32,000 bases of DNA from Salmonella phage vB_Sen_TUMS_E3. The notes beneath the pieces are model-generated. The model did no database searches. It had not been told where the DNA came from and worked only from the letters and a program-made list of their open reading frames with translations. Made by a program: the position numbers and the translations under genes. The DNA is taken from the sequence record PP941779.1. One strand, 5' to 3'. This document shows, piece after piece, positions 15,403 through 24,818 of this stretch; position 1 is the first letter of the stretch, and every line of letters begins with the position of its first letter.

Positions 15403-15915
15403 ATGCAAATCATTACAGCCGAAGATTATAGATTATACGGTAGCTTAAAACGACCTGAACTAGAATCTGGTGTAGAAATGATGATTACTGCTGCCAATGC
15501 GCTGATTACGAGCCTTCTAGGCATGGATGATGCTGATGCGGTAGACCAGTTAATCAATACAAAACCTACACGTAGGAAATATTTTCTGAGCTCACCATCT
15601 GCTACCTCCGTAACTAAAGTGACGATTAACGATAATGAGATTGACCCAGAGCAGTATAAGCTATACTCTGATGGTATTATCCTTCTCAAATTTAATCCTC
15701 CAGAAGGTTATATGGATGTAGCATATACACAAGGTGGATTCAATCCAATACCTGAAGATCTCAAACTTGCAGCATGTATGTTAGTAGATCATTGGCACAA
15801 ACAAGATTACCGCCAAGCTAAAACAATTGGTGGTGAAACAGTAACCTTCAATAGCACTAAGTCTGGTATCCCAGAGCATATTCGTACTATTATTGAAGTG
15901 TATAGGAGAGTATAA
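15403..15915 (+). CDS. Head completion / connector protein (p143-like), 170 aa
   Basis: Gp6-like head-tail connector-like sequence and synteny. Confidence 0.75.
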   Translation: MQIITAEDYRLYGSLKRPELESGVEMMITAANALITSLLGMDDADAVDQLINTKPTRRKYFLSSPSATSVTKVTINDNEIDPEQYKLYSDGIILLKFNPPEGYMDVAYTQGGFNPIPEDLKLAACMLVDHWHKQDYRQAKTIGGETVTFNSTKSGIPEHIRTIIEVYRRV

Positions 15916-16682
15916 TGTCTCTTTCCGATCTAGCTAAACAAATTATTAAAGAGCAGCTAGATACTGCAGGACGATCTGAAAATAATAAGAATACTGTTGT
16001 GTATTCTGTTGAGACAGGGTTAAAAGATCCTACCAGAGATGGTACTGTTGCTCAAGTATCTTTTAAGTTTTCAAAACCCGTATCACAAGATCTTCTTGAT
16101 GTTAGAACAGCCTCTATACTAAAAGCGGTATCTTCTAGTTTAGATCTTTCGGGGGATTTAGGTGCTCTAGAGAACTTAATACAAGCAACCGCGGGTAAAA
16201 AATCCTCTGTAGGTAAAAAACGTTCTACAGGCAGAGTACAGGTAAACTTTGGGGATCCTAGAGATGTAGAGGATGGATACTCAGGTGCAATAACAGGTGC
16301 TTCCGGACGTTTTGTATCAAATAGCAATATGAAGGTTATATTAGAGATAGTTGCTAAAGAGTACTTAATAAAGGATATGAAAAAGACAGGAGCGCCATTA
16401 AAATTTAGAACTGGCAGGTTTGCAAATTCTCTGAAAATTAAGGATGTTATGCTTAGAGATGTAGAGACTAGTAAAGGTGCTCCTGAATTAAACGTGACGT
16501 ATAATTATATGGTACGTCCATATTCTGTATTTAATCCAGCAGTATCTACATATCGAAGATTATCTCTACGACCTTACCCAGGCGCTAGAAACCCCCAAAA
16601 ACTTATTGGTGAGGCTATAGCAAAAGCTGCAAGAGACCTGATTCACTCTAGATATAAAATCAAGGTTAATCAAGGAACCTAA
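15915..16682 (+). CDS. Head-tail joining region protein, 255 aa
   Basis: Position between connector and tail terminator. Confidence 0.7.
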   Translation: MSLSDLAKQIIKEQLDTAGRSENNKNTVVYSVETGLKDPTRDGTVAQVSFKFSKPVSQDLLDVRTASILKAVSSSLDLSGDLGALENLIQATAGKKSSVGKKRSTGRVQVNFGDPRDVEDGYSGAITGASGRFVSNSNMKVILEIVAKEYLIKDMKKTGAPLKFRTGRFANSLKIKDVMLRDVETSKGAPELNVTYNYMVRPYSVFNPAVSTYRRLSLRPYPGARNPQKLIGEAIAKAARDLIHSRYKIKVNQGT

Positions 16683-16685
16683 TAA

Positions 16686-17171
16686 ATGGATCATAGAACA
16701 AGTATTGCACAAGCTCTGGTTGACCGTATATCTAAACAGTTGGATGGTTCTCAACCTGACGAATATTTTAATAACCTATATGGAAACGTTTCTCGTCAAA
16801 CTTATAAATTTGAGGAAATACGAGAGTTTCCTTATGTGGCAGTTCATATCGGAACTGAAACTGGGCAGTATCTTCCTTCGGGCCAACAGTGGATGTTTTT
16901 AGAACTTCCAATCCTGGTGTACGATAAAGAGAAAACAGACATTCAAGAGCAACTTGAAAAACTCGTAGCGGATATAAAAACCGTTATTGACACAGGTGGA
17001 AATTTAGAATATACTGTTAGTAAACCTAATGGATCGACCTTCCCATGTGAGGCAACTGATATGATCATTACATCAGTTAGTACAGATGAGGGTCTACTGG
17101 CCCCATATGGTTTAGCAGAAATAAATGTAACAGTGAGGTATCAGCCTCCACGTAGGTCACTTCGCAGATAA
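16686..17171 (+). CDS. Tail terminator protein (p142-like), 161 aa
   Basis: 161 aa, immediately upstream of tail tube gene, T5 synteny. Confidence 0.75.
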   Translation: MDHRTSIAQALVDRISKQLDGSQPDEYFNNLYGNVSRQTYKFEEIREFPYVAVHIGTETGQYLPSGQQWMFLELPILVYDKEKTDIQEQLEKLVADIKTVIDTGGNLEYTVSKPNGSTFPCEATDMIITSVSTDEGLLAPYGLAEINVTVRYQPPRRSLRR

Positions 17172-17197
17172 GTTACAGATTAGGAGAAAATAATTAA

Positions 17198-18595
17198 ATG
17201 TCTTTACAACTATTACGTAATACTCGAATCTTCGTGTCTACGGTTAAGACTGGTCATGATAAGACCAACACGCAAGAGATTCTAGTTCAGGATGATATTT
17301 CTTGGGGTCAGGACAGTAACTCAACGGATATTACTGTTAATGAAGCTGGTCCGCGTCCAACTCGTGGTTCTAAACGTTTTAATGACTCTTTAAACGCAGC
17401 TGAGTGGAGTTTCTCTACTTATATCCTGCCCTATATCAATAAAGCGGATCAGAAGCAAATCGTTCCTGACTATATGTTATGGCATGCACTTTCTAGTGGT
17501 AAAGCTATTAACTTAGAAGGTAATACAGGGGCACACAATAACGAAGCTAACTTTATGGTTAACTTCAAAGATAACTCTTATCACGAGTTAGCAATGTTAC
17601 ATATTTATATTCTGACTGATAAAGCATGGAGTTATATCGATTCATGTCAGATTAATCAGGCAGAAGTTAACGTTGATATTGAGGATATTGGTCGTGTAAC
17701 TTGGTCTGGTAATGGTAATCAGCTTATTCCTCTGGATGAGCAACCATTTGATCCAGATGAATTAGGTATTGATGATGAAACTTATATGACTATCCAGGGT
17801 TCTTATATTAAGAACAAACTTACTATCCTGAAAATTAAGGATATGGATTCTGGTAAAGCATATGATATTCCTATTACTGGTGGTACTTTCACTATTAATA
17901 ACAACATCACGTACCTAACCCCGAATATTATGTCTCGTGTTAATATTCCAATTGGTTCTTTTACTGGTGCTTTTGAATTAACGGGTTCATTAACTGCTTA
18001 TCTGAATGATAAATCTCTTGGTTCTATGGAGCTGTACAAAGATCTTATCAAGACTCTGAAGGTAGTTAACCGCTTCGAAATTGCTCTAGTACTTGGTGGT
18101 GAATACGATGAAGAACGTCCTGCGGCTATTCTGGTAGCTAAACAAGCACACGTTAATATTCCTACTATTGAAACTGATGATGTACTTGGTACTTCAGTAG
18201 AGTTTAAAGCTATTCCATCTGATCTGGATGCTGGTGATGAAGGTTACTTAGGCTTCTCTAGTAAATATACCAAAACAACTATTAATAACTTGATTGTTAA
18301 TGGTGATGGTGCTACTAATGCTGTAACCGCAATTACTGTTAAATCTGCTGGTGATGCTACTACAGTAAACAACTCGGCTACTCTTCAAATGAGTGTTGAA
18401 GTTACTCCTTCTTCCGCAAAGAATAAGGAAGTTACTTGGGCTATCACCGCCGGTGATGCAGCCACAATTGATCCAGAATCTGGCCTATTAACTGCGGACA
18501 CCACTAAAACTGGTGAAGTAACTGTAGAAGCTACTGCTAAAGATGGTTCTGGAGTTAAAGGTACTAAACAGATTACTGTAACAGCAGGTGGCTAA
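17198..18595 (+). CDS. Major tail tube protein (pb6-like) with C-terminal BIG_2/Ig-like domain, 465 aa
   Basis: Position; C-terminus AITVKSAG..LQMSVEVTPSSAKNKEVTWAITAGDAATIDPESGLLTADTTKTGEVTVEATAKDGSGVKGTKQITVTAGG. Confidence 0.88.
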   Translation: MSLQLLRNTRIFVSTVKTGHDKTNTQEILVQDDISWGQDSNSTDITVNEAGPRPTRGSKRFNDSLNAAEWSFSTYILPYINKADQKQIVPDYMLWHALSSGKAINLEGNTGAHNNEANFMVNFKDNSYHELAMLHIYILTDKAWSYIDSCQINQAEVNVDIEDIGRVTWSGNGNQLIPLDEQPFDPDELGIDDETYMTIQGSYIKNKLTILKIKDMDSGKAYDIPITGGTFTINNNITYLTPNIMSRVNIPIGSFTGAFELTGSLTAYLNDKSLGSMELYKDLIKTLKVVNRFEIALVLGGEYDEERPAAILVAKQAHVNIPTIETDDVLGTSVEFKAIPSDLDAGDEGYLGFSSKYTKTTINNLIVNGDGATNAVTAITVKSAGDATTVNNSATLQMSVEVTPSSAKNKEVTWAITAGDAATIDPESGLLTADTTKTGEVTVEATAKDGSGVKGTKQITVTAGG

Positions 18596-18599
18596 TTAA

Positions 18600-19499
18600 A
18601 TGTACTACTCTCTAATGAGAGAGTCAAAAGTTATAGTTGAGTATGATGGTAGGGCATTTCATTTTGATGCCCTATCAAACTATGATATACAGACTTCCTA
18701 CGAGGAATTCAAGACTCTTCGTAGGACTGTTCATCGTAGAACTAACTATGCAGACTCTATTATAAATGCTCAAACCCCCTCTTCTATCTCTCTAGCAGTA
18801 AATTTCAGTAATACTCTTACTGAGGCTAACTTCTTTGAATGGTTAGGTTTTGATAGAAAAGGTAATACTTTCTTACTCCCACTATATAGTAGTAATATTG
18901 AACCTATTATGTTCAATATCTATATAGTAAATAAAGATAATAACTGTGTATATTTTGAAAACTGTTATGTATCTACGGTAGATTTTTCTTTAGATAAGAA
19001 CATACCAATTCTTAATGTTGGTATTGAATCGGGAAAATTTTCCGAAGTATCTACGTATAGAGAAGCAGCTTCTATTATACAGGGTGAAGTAATGTCTTAC
19101 AGCCCAGTAATAGCTTCTACTAATGGCAGCATCTTACCCGGTCTTATTTCTGCCTCTTTATCTTTCCAACAGCAGTGCTCTTGGAGAGAAGATAAGAGTG
19201 TTTTTGATATAAATAAAATTTATAATAATAAAAGAGCTTATGTAAATGAAATGAATGCTTCGGCAACCATTTCTCTATATTACTTAAAACGTTTTGCAGG
19301 AGATATGGTTTACAATATCGAACCGGAGACAGATCTACCTTTAAATATAAGAAATAATAATATTTCTATAGATTTTCCTTCAGCACGTATTACAAAACGC
19401 CTAGATTTCTCAGATGTGTATAGAGTTGAGTGGGATATTATACCTACTGCTTCTTCAGACCCAGTGAGAATAGATTTCTTTGGAGAAATTAAAAAATGA
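18600..19499 (+). CDS. Baseplate tube protein (p140-like), 299 aa
   Basis: Length and synteny with T5. Confidence 0.7.
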   Translation: MYYSLMRESKVIVEYDGRAFHFDALSNYDIQTSYEEFKTLRRTVHRRTNYADSIINAQTPSSISLAVNFSNTLTEANFFEWLGFDRKGNTFLLPLYSSNIEPIMFNIYIVNKDNNCVYFENCYVSTVDFSLDKNIPILNVGIESGKFSEVSTYREAASIIQGEVMSYSPVIASTNGSILPGLISASLSFQQQCSWREDKSVFDINKIYNNKRAYVNEMNASATISLYYLKRFAGDMVYNIEPETDLPLNIRNNNISIDFPSARITKRLDFSDVYRVEWDIIPTASSDPVRIDFFGEIKK

Positions 19500-19900
19500 T
19501 TAATTTAAAAGATATTACTCTTGATACTCGCACTATTACTCTTTCCTACCCAGGTATGCCGAACTTTAAACTAGAACTTAACTATATGTCTCGTGCTACC
19601 TCTAAACGTGTTATTTCTTCTGCTAAACGCGATGAATGGGTTAATGGTACTTTGGTTCAGGTACAGGATGATGATAAGTTCATTGAAGCCTTTGTTGACG
19701 CAGCTATTAAAGGTTGGACTGGTTTGACTGTAGGTGACGTTGAAAAACTGATGCTGATTGAAACAGATGCTGATCCTACTACTGAAGTTCCTTTTAGCCG
19801 CGATAATGCTGTAATGCTCATGCAGAACTCTGCTGCGTTTGATTCTTGGATCAACCAGACAGTGTTCCACTTAGACACTTTTCGTAGCTCAAAAGCGTAA
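19496..19900 (+). CDS. Tape-measure chaperone, short form, 134 aa
   Basis: Position between baseplate tube and tape measure genes; lambda G-like slot. Confidence 0.75.
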   Translation: MINLKDITLDTRTITLSYPGMPNFKLELNYMSRATSKRVISSAKRDEWVNGTLVQVQDDDKFIEAFVDAAIKGWTGLTVGDVEKLMLIETDADPTTEVPFSRDNAVMLMQNSAAFDSWINQTVFHLDTFRSSKA

Positions 19901-19961
19901 AGAATTTCTAGATGCTGTTGCTGATTTTGCAGACAAATGTATTAAAAGCTCAGCATCTAAA

Positions 19962-20330
19962 ATGACTAAACAACAATATTTAATACTTTGCGAGTCAATG
20001 GGTATAGAACCTGATCCAAAGGCCATGCCCGTTGAACTCGAAGATTTTCCACCTATTGTATCTATTAGTATGAATATTTATAACAGTCTGATTGACTGTT
20101 TCATACCGGGTGACTTTCCTATTTTTATAGGTAAGGATAAGGCTGCATTAGGTGTTTTATTTGATATTTATGGGATTACTGATCCTATAGAAAAAGAATT
20201 TGTTCTACACATTATCAATATATTTGATGCTAAAGCTGTAGATGCTGCACGTAAACGTGCGGAGAAGCATAAACCGCAAAACGGAAGGATTCCTAACGTT
20301 AAGCCACATGCTAGGTCTCGTGCACGATAA
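19962..20330 (+). CDS. Second tape-measure chaperone ORF, probably expressed as a frameshift extension (frame open from 19875)
   Basis: No SD before ATG 19962. Frame is open back to 19875, overlapping the end of ORF 19496..19900. Confidence 0.65.
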   Translation: MTKQQYLILCESMGIEPDPKAMPVELEDFPPIVSISMNIYNSLIDCFIPGDFPIFIGKDKAALGVLFDIYGITDPIEKEFVLHIINIFDAKAVDAARKRAEKHKPQNGRIPNVKPHARSRAR

Positions 20331-20365
20331 AAGTTTCCTCCAATGGGCGTTCCACGATGAGGCTT

Positions 20366-20396
20366 GGCTCTGGGTGATTTGCCCAGAGCCTTTTTT
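20366..20396 (+). terminator. Rho-independent terminator before tape measure gene
   Basis: GGCTCTGGG-tgatttg-CCCAGAGCC-TTTTTT. Confidence 0.95.
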
Positions 20397-20413
20397 ATTG
20401 GGAAAAATAAAAC

Positions 20414-23400
20414 ATGACTGATAAGCTAATACGAGAATTACTAATAGACGTTAAGCAGAAGGGGGCAACTCGTACTGCAAAGTCTATTGAAAACGTATCC
20501 GATGCGTTGGAAAATGCTGCTGCTGCTTCCGAACTGACAAATGAGCAGTTAGGTAAAATGCCCAGAACTCTTTATTCCATTGAGAGGGCAGCAGACAGAG
20601 CAGCGAAAAGTCTTACTAAAATGCAAGCTAGCAGAGGTATGCTTAGTGTTACTAAATCTATTAATGATATAGGAGCTAAGTTAGACGATCTTGCTATTAC
20701 AATGATTGAAGTAGCAGATAAATTAGAAGTCGGATTTGATGGAGTTTCTAGATCTGTTAAAACAATGGGTAATGATGTTGCAGCTGCGACAGAAAAAGTC
20801 CAGGATAGATTATATGATACTAATAGAGCATTAGGTGGCACAGCTAGGGGTTTTAATGACACTGCTGGTGCCGCTGGTAGAGCTTCTAGAGCTATTGGTA
20901 ATACTTCTGGTTCAGCACGCGGCGCAACTCGTGATTTTGCAGCAATGGCTAAGATCGGTGGTAGTTTACCTATTATGTACGCAGCCCTTGCTTCCAACAT
21001 CTTCGTTTTGCAATCTGCATTTGAACAACTTAAACTAGGTGATCAGTTAAATCGTCTAGAAAAATTTGGTGTTATAGTAGGTACTCAGACAGGTACTCCT
21101 GTTCAGTCTCTTGCTAGATCACTACAAGAGGCTGCTGGCTATGCAATCTCTTTTGAAGAAGCTATGAGGCAAGCATCCTCAGCATCCGCTTATGGATTTG
21201 ATGCTGAACAACTTAATAAATTTGGTTTAGTAGCTCGTCGTGCTGCTGCGGTTCTTGGCGTTGATATGACTGATGCACTTAACCGTGTAATTAAGGGTGT
21301 ATCTAAACAAGAAATCGAACTTCTAGACGAACTTGGTGTTACTATTCGTCTTAATGATGCTTATGCTGACTATGTTAAACAATTGAACGCTGCTAACACA
21401 GGTATAACTTATAACGTTAATAGTCTTACCACTTTCCAGAAACAGCAGGCATATGCTAATGCTGTTATAGCAGAATCTACCAGACGTTTTGGATACCTAG
21501 ATGAGGTTTTACGTGCTACTCCATGGGAGCAGTTTGCTGCTAATGCTGATGCCGCCTTGAGAAAGATTCAGCAGGCTGCTGCTAAGTATTTAGGGCCAGT
21601 AATTGACTCTATCAATGCCGTGTTTTATACCTCACAGGCTTCAGTGTCCGCAGAGGCAGCTAGGGCACAAGAACAAACCAATAAACAAATAGATCCTACT
21701 AACGTTGGCGCTGTTGCTTTAAGTTTGGCCGCTTCTGAAGAAGGCTATAATAAAGCCCTAGATATGTATAAGGAATCTCTTGATAAGCGTAATAAGCTAA
21801 AATCCGAGTTTGATAAACGAATGAATCAAGCGGATTTCTTTACAAAAGCAGCTATACGTCAAGTTAGTGAAGGTATTCCTGTCGGTCTTGCAGCTGCAGG
21901 TGCTTCTGAGGCTAATAAAAAGTTTGTGGAAGAGACAGCTGCTATGGGTCTGCAAATAACTAGGCTGAGTAAAGAAGTAGATGATTCTACGGAAAACCTC
22001 AATGCATGGAAATCAGCATATCAAGCAGCTGGAGATGCTGCTTCAAAGGCTAGCCCAGAATTTCAAAAGCAGATTAATCTACAGAGAGATGCTACAGATC
22101 CTGGTGCTGTATATGACTTTAACTCTACAGTATTAAAAGGACTAACTGAACAACAAAAAGCATATAATCAGACTAAGAAAACTGCTAGTGACTTAGCTAA
22201 TGATATACAGAACGTTGCTCAGAATACAGATACCGCTGCTAAAACTAGTGCTACTTTAGCAGATGCTATAAAAAACATAGAATCTCTATCTTTAGGTACT
22301 GGTAAGAGTGCTGATGAATACGTTAAAAATCTTAACCTAGGCTATAATACTCTGTCTGAAATGAAAACTGCGTCTCAGGCCTTATCTGAGTACGTTAAAC
22401 TAACTGGTAATGAGACTAAGAACCAGTTAGCAGTTCAACAGAAGATAGCTGACGTATACAACCAAACTAAAGATAAAGAAAAAGCACAGGAAGCTGGTAG
22501 GCGTTTAGAACTCCAACAGTTAGAAGAGCAAGAAGCTGCTTTACGCCGTGTACTTCAAACTAATCAGGGAAATAAAGCTGTTGAGAAAGAAATTGAAAAA
22601 ATTCAGCTAGAGAAACTTAAACTTTCCAATCAGGGTATGGAAGCTCAGAAGAAGGTTAAGGATTATACAGATAAAATTCTTGGTGTAGATCGTGAGATAG
22701 CTCTCCTGAATGATCGTACTATGACGAGTACTCAGTATCGTCTGGCTCAATTAAGGCTAGAGCTACAATTAGAGCAGGAAAAAACGGAATTATACTCTAA
22801 ACAAGCGGATGGCCAAGCTAAAGCAGAACAGTCTAGACGTGCCCAAGCACAAATAAGTAGAGAGTTATGGGAAGCAGAAAATCAGGCAACTGCCTCACAT
22901 GTGTCAGCTCTCATGGATGCCTTAGAGGTTAGCCAAACGCAGAGAAATGTCACTGGTCAGTCCCAGATTCTCACTGAAAGGTTATCTATTCTGCAGCAGC
23001 AGCTGGAGCTGTCTAAAGGTAATACTGAAGAAGAAATTAAATATCGTAATGAGATTTATAAAACTTCAGCAGCCTTAGAACAGCTTAGGAAACAGAGAGA
23101 TACCCAGATGCAGCAGCAGGTAGGTTCTTCTGTAGGTGCTGTATATACTCCTACTACTGGCTTAATAGGGGAAGACAAAGACTTCGCCGATATGCAAAAT
23201 AGAATGGCCTCCTATGACCAGGCAATCTCTAAATTATCTGAGCTAAACTCTGAAGCAACCGCTGTGGCTCAAAGTATGGGTAATCTAACTAATGCCATGA
23301 TCCAGTTCTCCCAGGGATCTTTAGATACTACTTCCCTGATTGCTTCTGGTATGCAGACTGTGGCCTCTATGATTCAATATAGTACTAGTCAACAGGTTAG

Positions 23401-24094
23401 TGCAATTGATCAGGCTATTGCAGCAGAGCAAAAACGCGATGGTAAATCAGAAGCATCTAAAGCTAAGTTGAAGAAGCTGGAAGCTGAAAAGCTGAAGATT
23501 CAACAAGACGCAGCTAAGAAGCAGATTATCATCCAAACTGCAGTAGCTGTAATGCAGGCGGCAACAGCTGTTCCATACCCGTTCTCTATCCCTCTGATGG
23601 TAGCGGCAGGTTTAGCGGGTGCTCTGGCCCTCGCCCAAGCATCTTCTGCATCGAGTATGTCGAGTATTGCTGATTCGGGAGCTGATACAACTAGTTATTT
23701 AACCTTAGGAGAGCGCCAAAAGAATATAGATGTGTCCATGTCTGCTAATGCAGGTGAACTATCTTATATCCGTGGCGATAAAGGCATAGGCGGTGCTAAC
23801 TCTTTCGTCCCTCGTGCTGAGGGTGGTAACATGTACCCAGGGGTTAGCTATCAAATGGGTGAGCATGGTACAGAAGTAGTTACACCTATGGTTCCTATGA
23901 AAGCTACACCTAATGATGAGCTAAAAACCTCCTCTAACTCAACTTCAGGAAGACCCATCATCCTGAATATTAGTGCTATGGATGCTGCAAGTTTTAGAGA
24001 GTTTGCTTCTAGTAATAGTAGTGCTCTAAGAGACGCAGTAGAATTAGCTCTGAATGAGAACGGTGCTAGTCTGAAAACATTAGGAAATTCTTAA
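20414..24094 (+). CDS. Tape measure protein (pb2-like), 1226 aa
   Basis: Length, extended coiled-coil/helical sequence, hydrophobic C-terminal segment; follows chaperones. Confidence 0.93.
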   Translation: MTDKLIRELLIDVKQKGATRTAKSIENVSDALENAAAASELTNEQLGKMPRTLYSIERAADRAAKSLTKMQASRGMLSVTKSINDIGAKLDDLAITMIEVADKLEVGFDGVSRSVKTMGNDVAAATEKVQDRLYDTNRALGGTARGFNDTAGAAGRASRAIGNTSGSARGATRDFAAMAKIGGSLPIMYAALASNIFVLQSAFEQLKLGDQLNRLEKFGVIVGTQTGTPVQSLARSLQEAAGYAISFEEAMRQASSASAYGFDAEQLNKFGLVARRAAAVLGVDMTDALNRVIKGVSKQEIELLDELGVTIRLNDAYADYVKQLNAANTGITYNVNSLTTFQKQQAYANAVIAESTRRFGYLDEVLRATPWEQFAANADAALRKIQQAAAKYLGPVIDSINAVFYTSQASVSAEAARAQEQTNKQIDPTNVGAVALSLAASEEGYNKALDMYKESLDKRNKLKSEFDKRMNQADFFTKAAIRQVSEGIPVGLAAAGASEANKKFVEETAAMGLQITRLSKEVDDSTENLNAWKSAYQAAGDAASKASPEFQKQINLQRDATDPGAVYDFNSTVLKGLTEQQKAYNQTKKTASDLANDIQNVAQNTDTAAKTSATLADAIKNIESLSLGTGKSADEYVKNLNLGYNTLSEMKTASQALSEYVKLTGNETKNQLAVQQKIADVYNQTKDKEKAQEAGRRLELQQLEEQEAALRRVLQTNQGNKAVEKEIEKIQLEKLKLSNQGMEAQKKVKDYTDKILGVDREIALLNDRTMTSTQYRLAQLRLELQLEQEKTELYSKQADGQAKAEQSRRAQAQISRELWEAENQATASHVSALMDALEVSQTQRNVTGQSQILTERLSILQQQLELSKGNTEEEIKYRNEIYKTSAALEQLRKQRDTQMQQQVGSSVGAVYTPTTGLIGEDKDFADMQNRMASYDQAISKLSELNSEATAVAQSMGNLTNAMIQFSQGSLDTTSLIASGMQTVASMIQYSTSQQVSAIDQAIAAEQKRDGKSEASKAKLKKLEAEKLKIQQDAAKKQIIIQTAVAVMQAATAVPYPFSIPLMVAAGLAGALALAQASSASSMSSIADSGADTTSYLTLGERQKNIDVSMSANAGELSYIRGDKGIGGANSFVPRAEGGNMYPGVSYQMGEHGTEVVTPMVPMKATPNDELKTSSNSTSGRPIILNISAMDAASFREFASSNSSALRDAVELALNENGASLKTLGNS

Positions 24095-24100
24095 AACTGG

Positions 24101-24126
24101 AGGAGGACTTTGAGTCCTCCTTTTCT
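24101..24126 (+). terminator. Rho-independent terminator after tape measure gene
   Basis: AGGAGGACT-ttg-AGTCCTCCTTTTCTTT. Confidence 0.93.
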
Positions 24127-24147
24127 TTATGGAAAAATAAAAATTTC

Positions 24148-24176
24148 TTGATAAAATTTTCTAATACTATTATAAT
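24148..24176 (+). promoter_or_regulatory. Strong candidate sigma70 promoter TTGATA-N17-TATAAT
   Basis: 5/6 -35, perfect -10, 17-bp spacer, between terminator and the next gene. Confidence 0.8.
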
Positions 24177-24203
24177 ATTGTTATTAAAGAGGAGAAATTA
24201 ACT

Positions 24204-24818
24204 ATGAGATTACCAGACCCATACACGAATCCGGAACTTTCAGGCTTAGGATTCGAAAGTGTTAACCTGATTGATAATGACCCAGTAATTCGTGATGAGT
24301 TACCAAATGGTAAAGTTAACGAAGTTAAGGTATCCGCTCAATACTGGGGTATAAATATTTCTTACCCAGAATTATTTCCAGATGAATATAGTGTTCTAGA
24401 TGCTTTTATTCTAGAATACAAAAGGACTGGTGGTTATATAGATGTTATATTACCACAATACGAAGCTTTTAGAGTTAGAGGTAATACTAGTCTAGTAAAT
24501 ATACCTGCTGGACAGAAGGGTTCTAATATAACTATGGATACAAAAGGACTTCTTACAGGTACTCCAAAACCGGGGGATCTATTTAAACTGTCTAACCACC
24601 CAAAAGTATATAAAATAACATCATTTAACAAATCAGGTAATACATGGTCCATAAACCTATACCCTGATTTATTTATAACTACTACTGGAGCGGAGAAGCC
24701 AGTATTTAATGGAATACTATTTAGAACAAAACTCATGAATGGTGATACTTTTGGATCTACACTAAATAATAACGGAACATACTCCAACATCTCACTAAAT
24801 TTACGGGAAAGTCTATGA
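24204..24818 (+). CDS. Distal tail protein (pb9-like), 204 aa
   Basis: 204 aa as recalled for T5 pb9; synteny; SD AAAGAGGAGAAA. Confidence 0.85.
   Translation: MRLPDPYTNPELSGLGFESVNLIDNDPVIRDELPNGKVNEVKVSAQYWGINISYPELFPDEYSVLDAFILEYKRTGGYIDVILPQYEAFRVRGNTSLVNIPAGQKGSNITMDTKGLLTGTPKPGDLFKLSNHPKVYKITSFNKSGNTWSINLYPDLFITTTGAEKPVFNGILFRTKLMNGDTFGSTLNNNGTYSNISLNLRESL

Noticed and set aside
14996-15431. ORFs 14996..15295 (-) and 15216..15431 (+)
   Set aside because: Shadow frames of the capsid gene; the latter also reads through the capsid terminator.
20572-21000. Minus-strand ORF 142 aa
   Set aside because: Antisense to the tape measure gene; Ala/Pro/Leu/Ser-rich composition is expected from the complementary strand of GCT-rich coding sequence.
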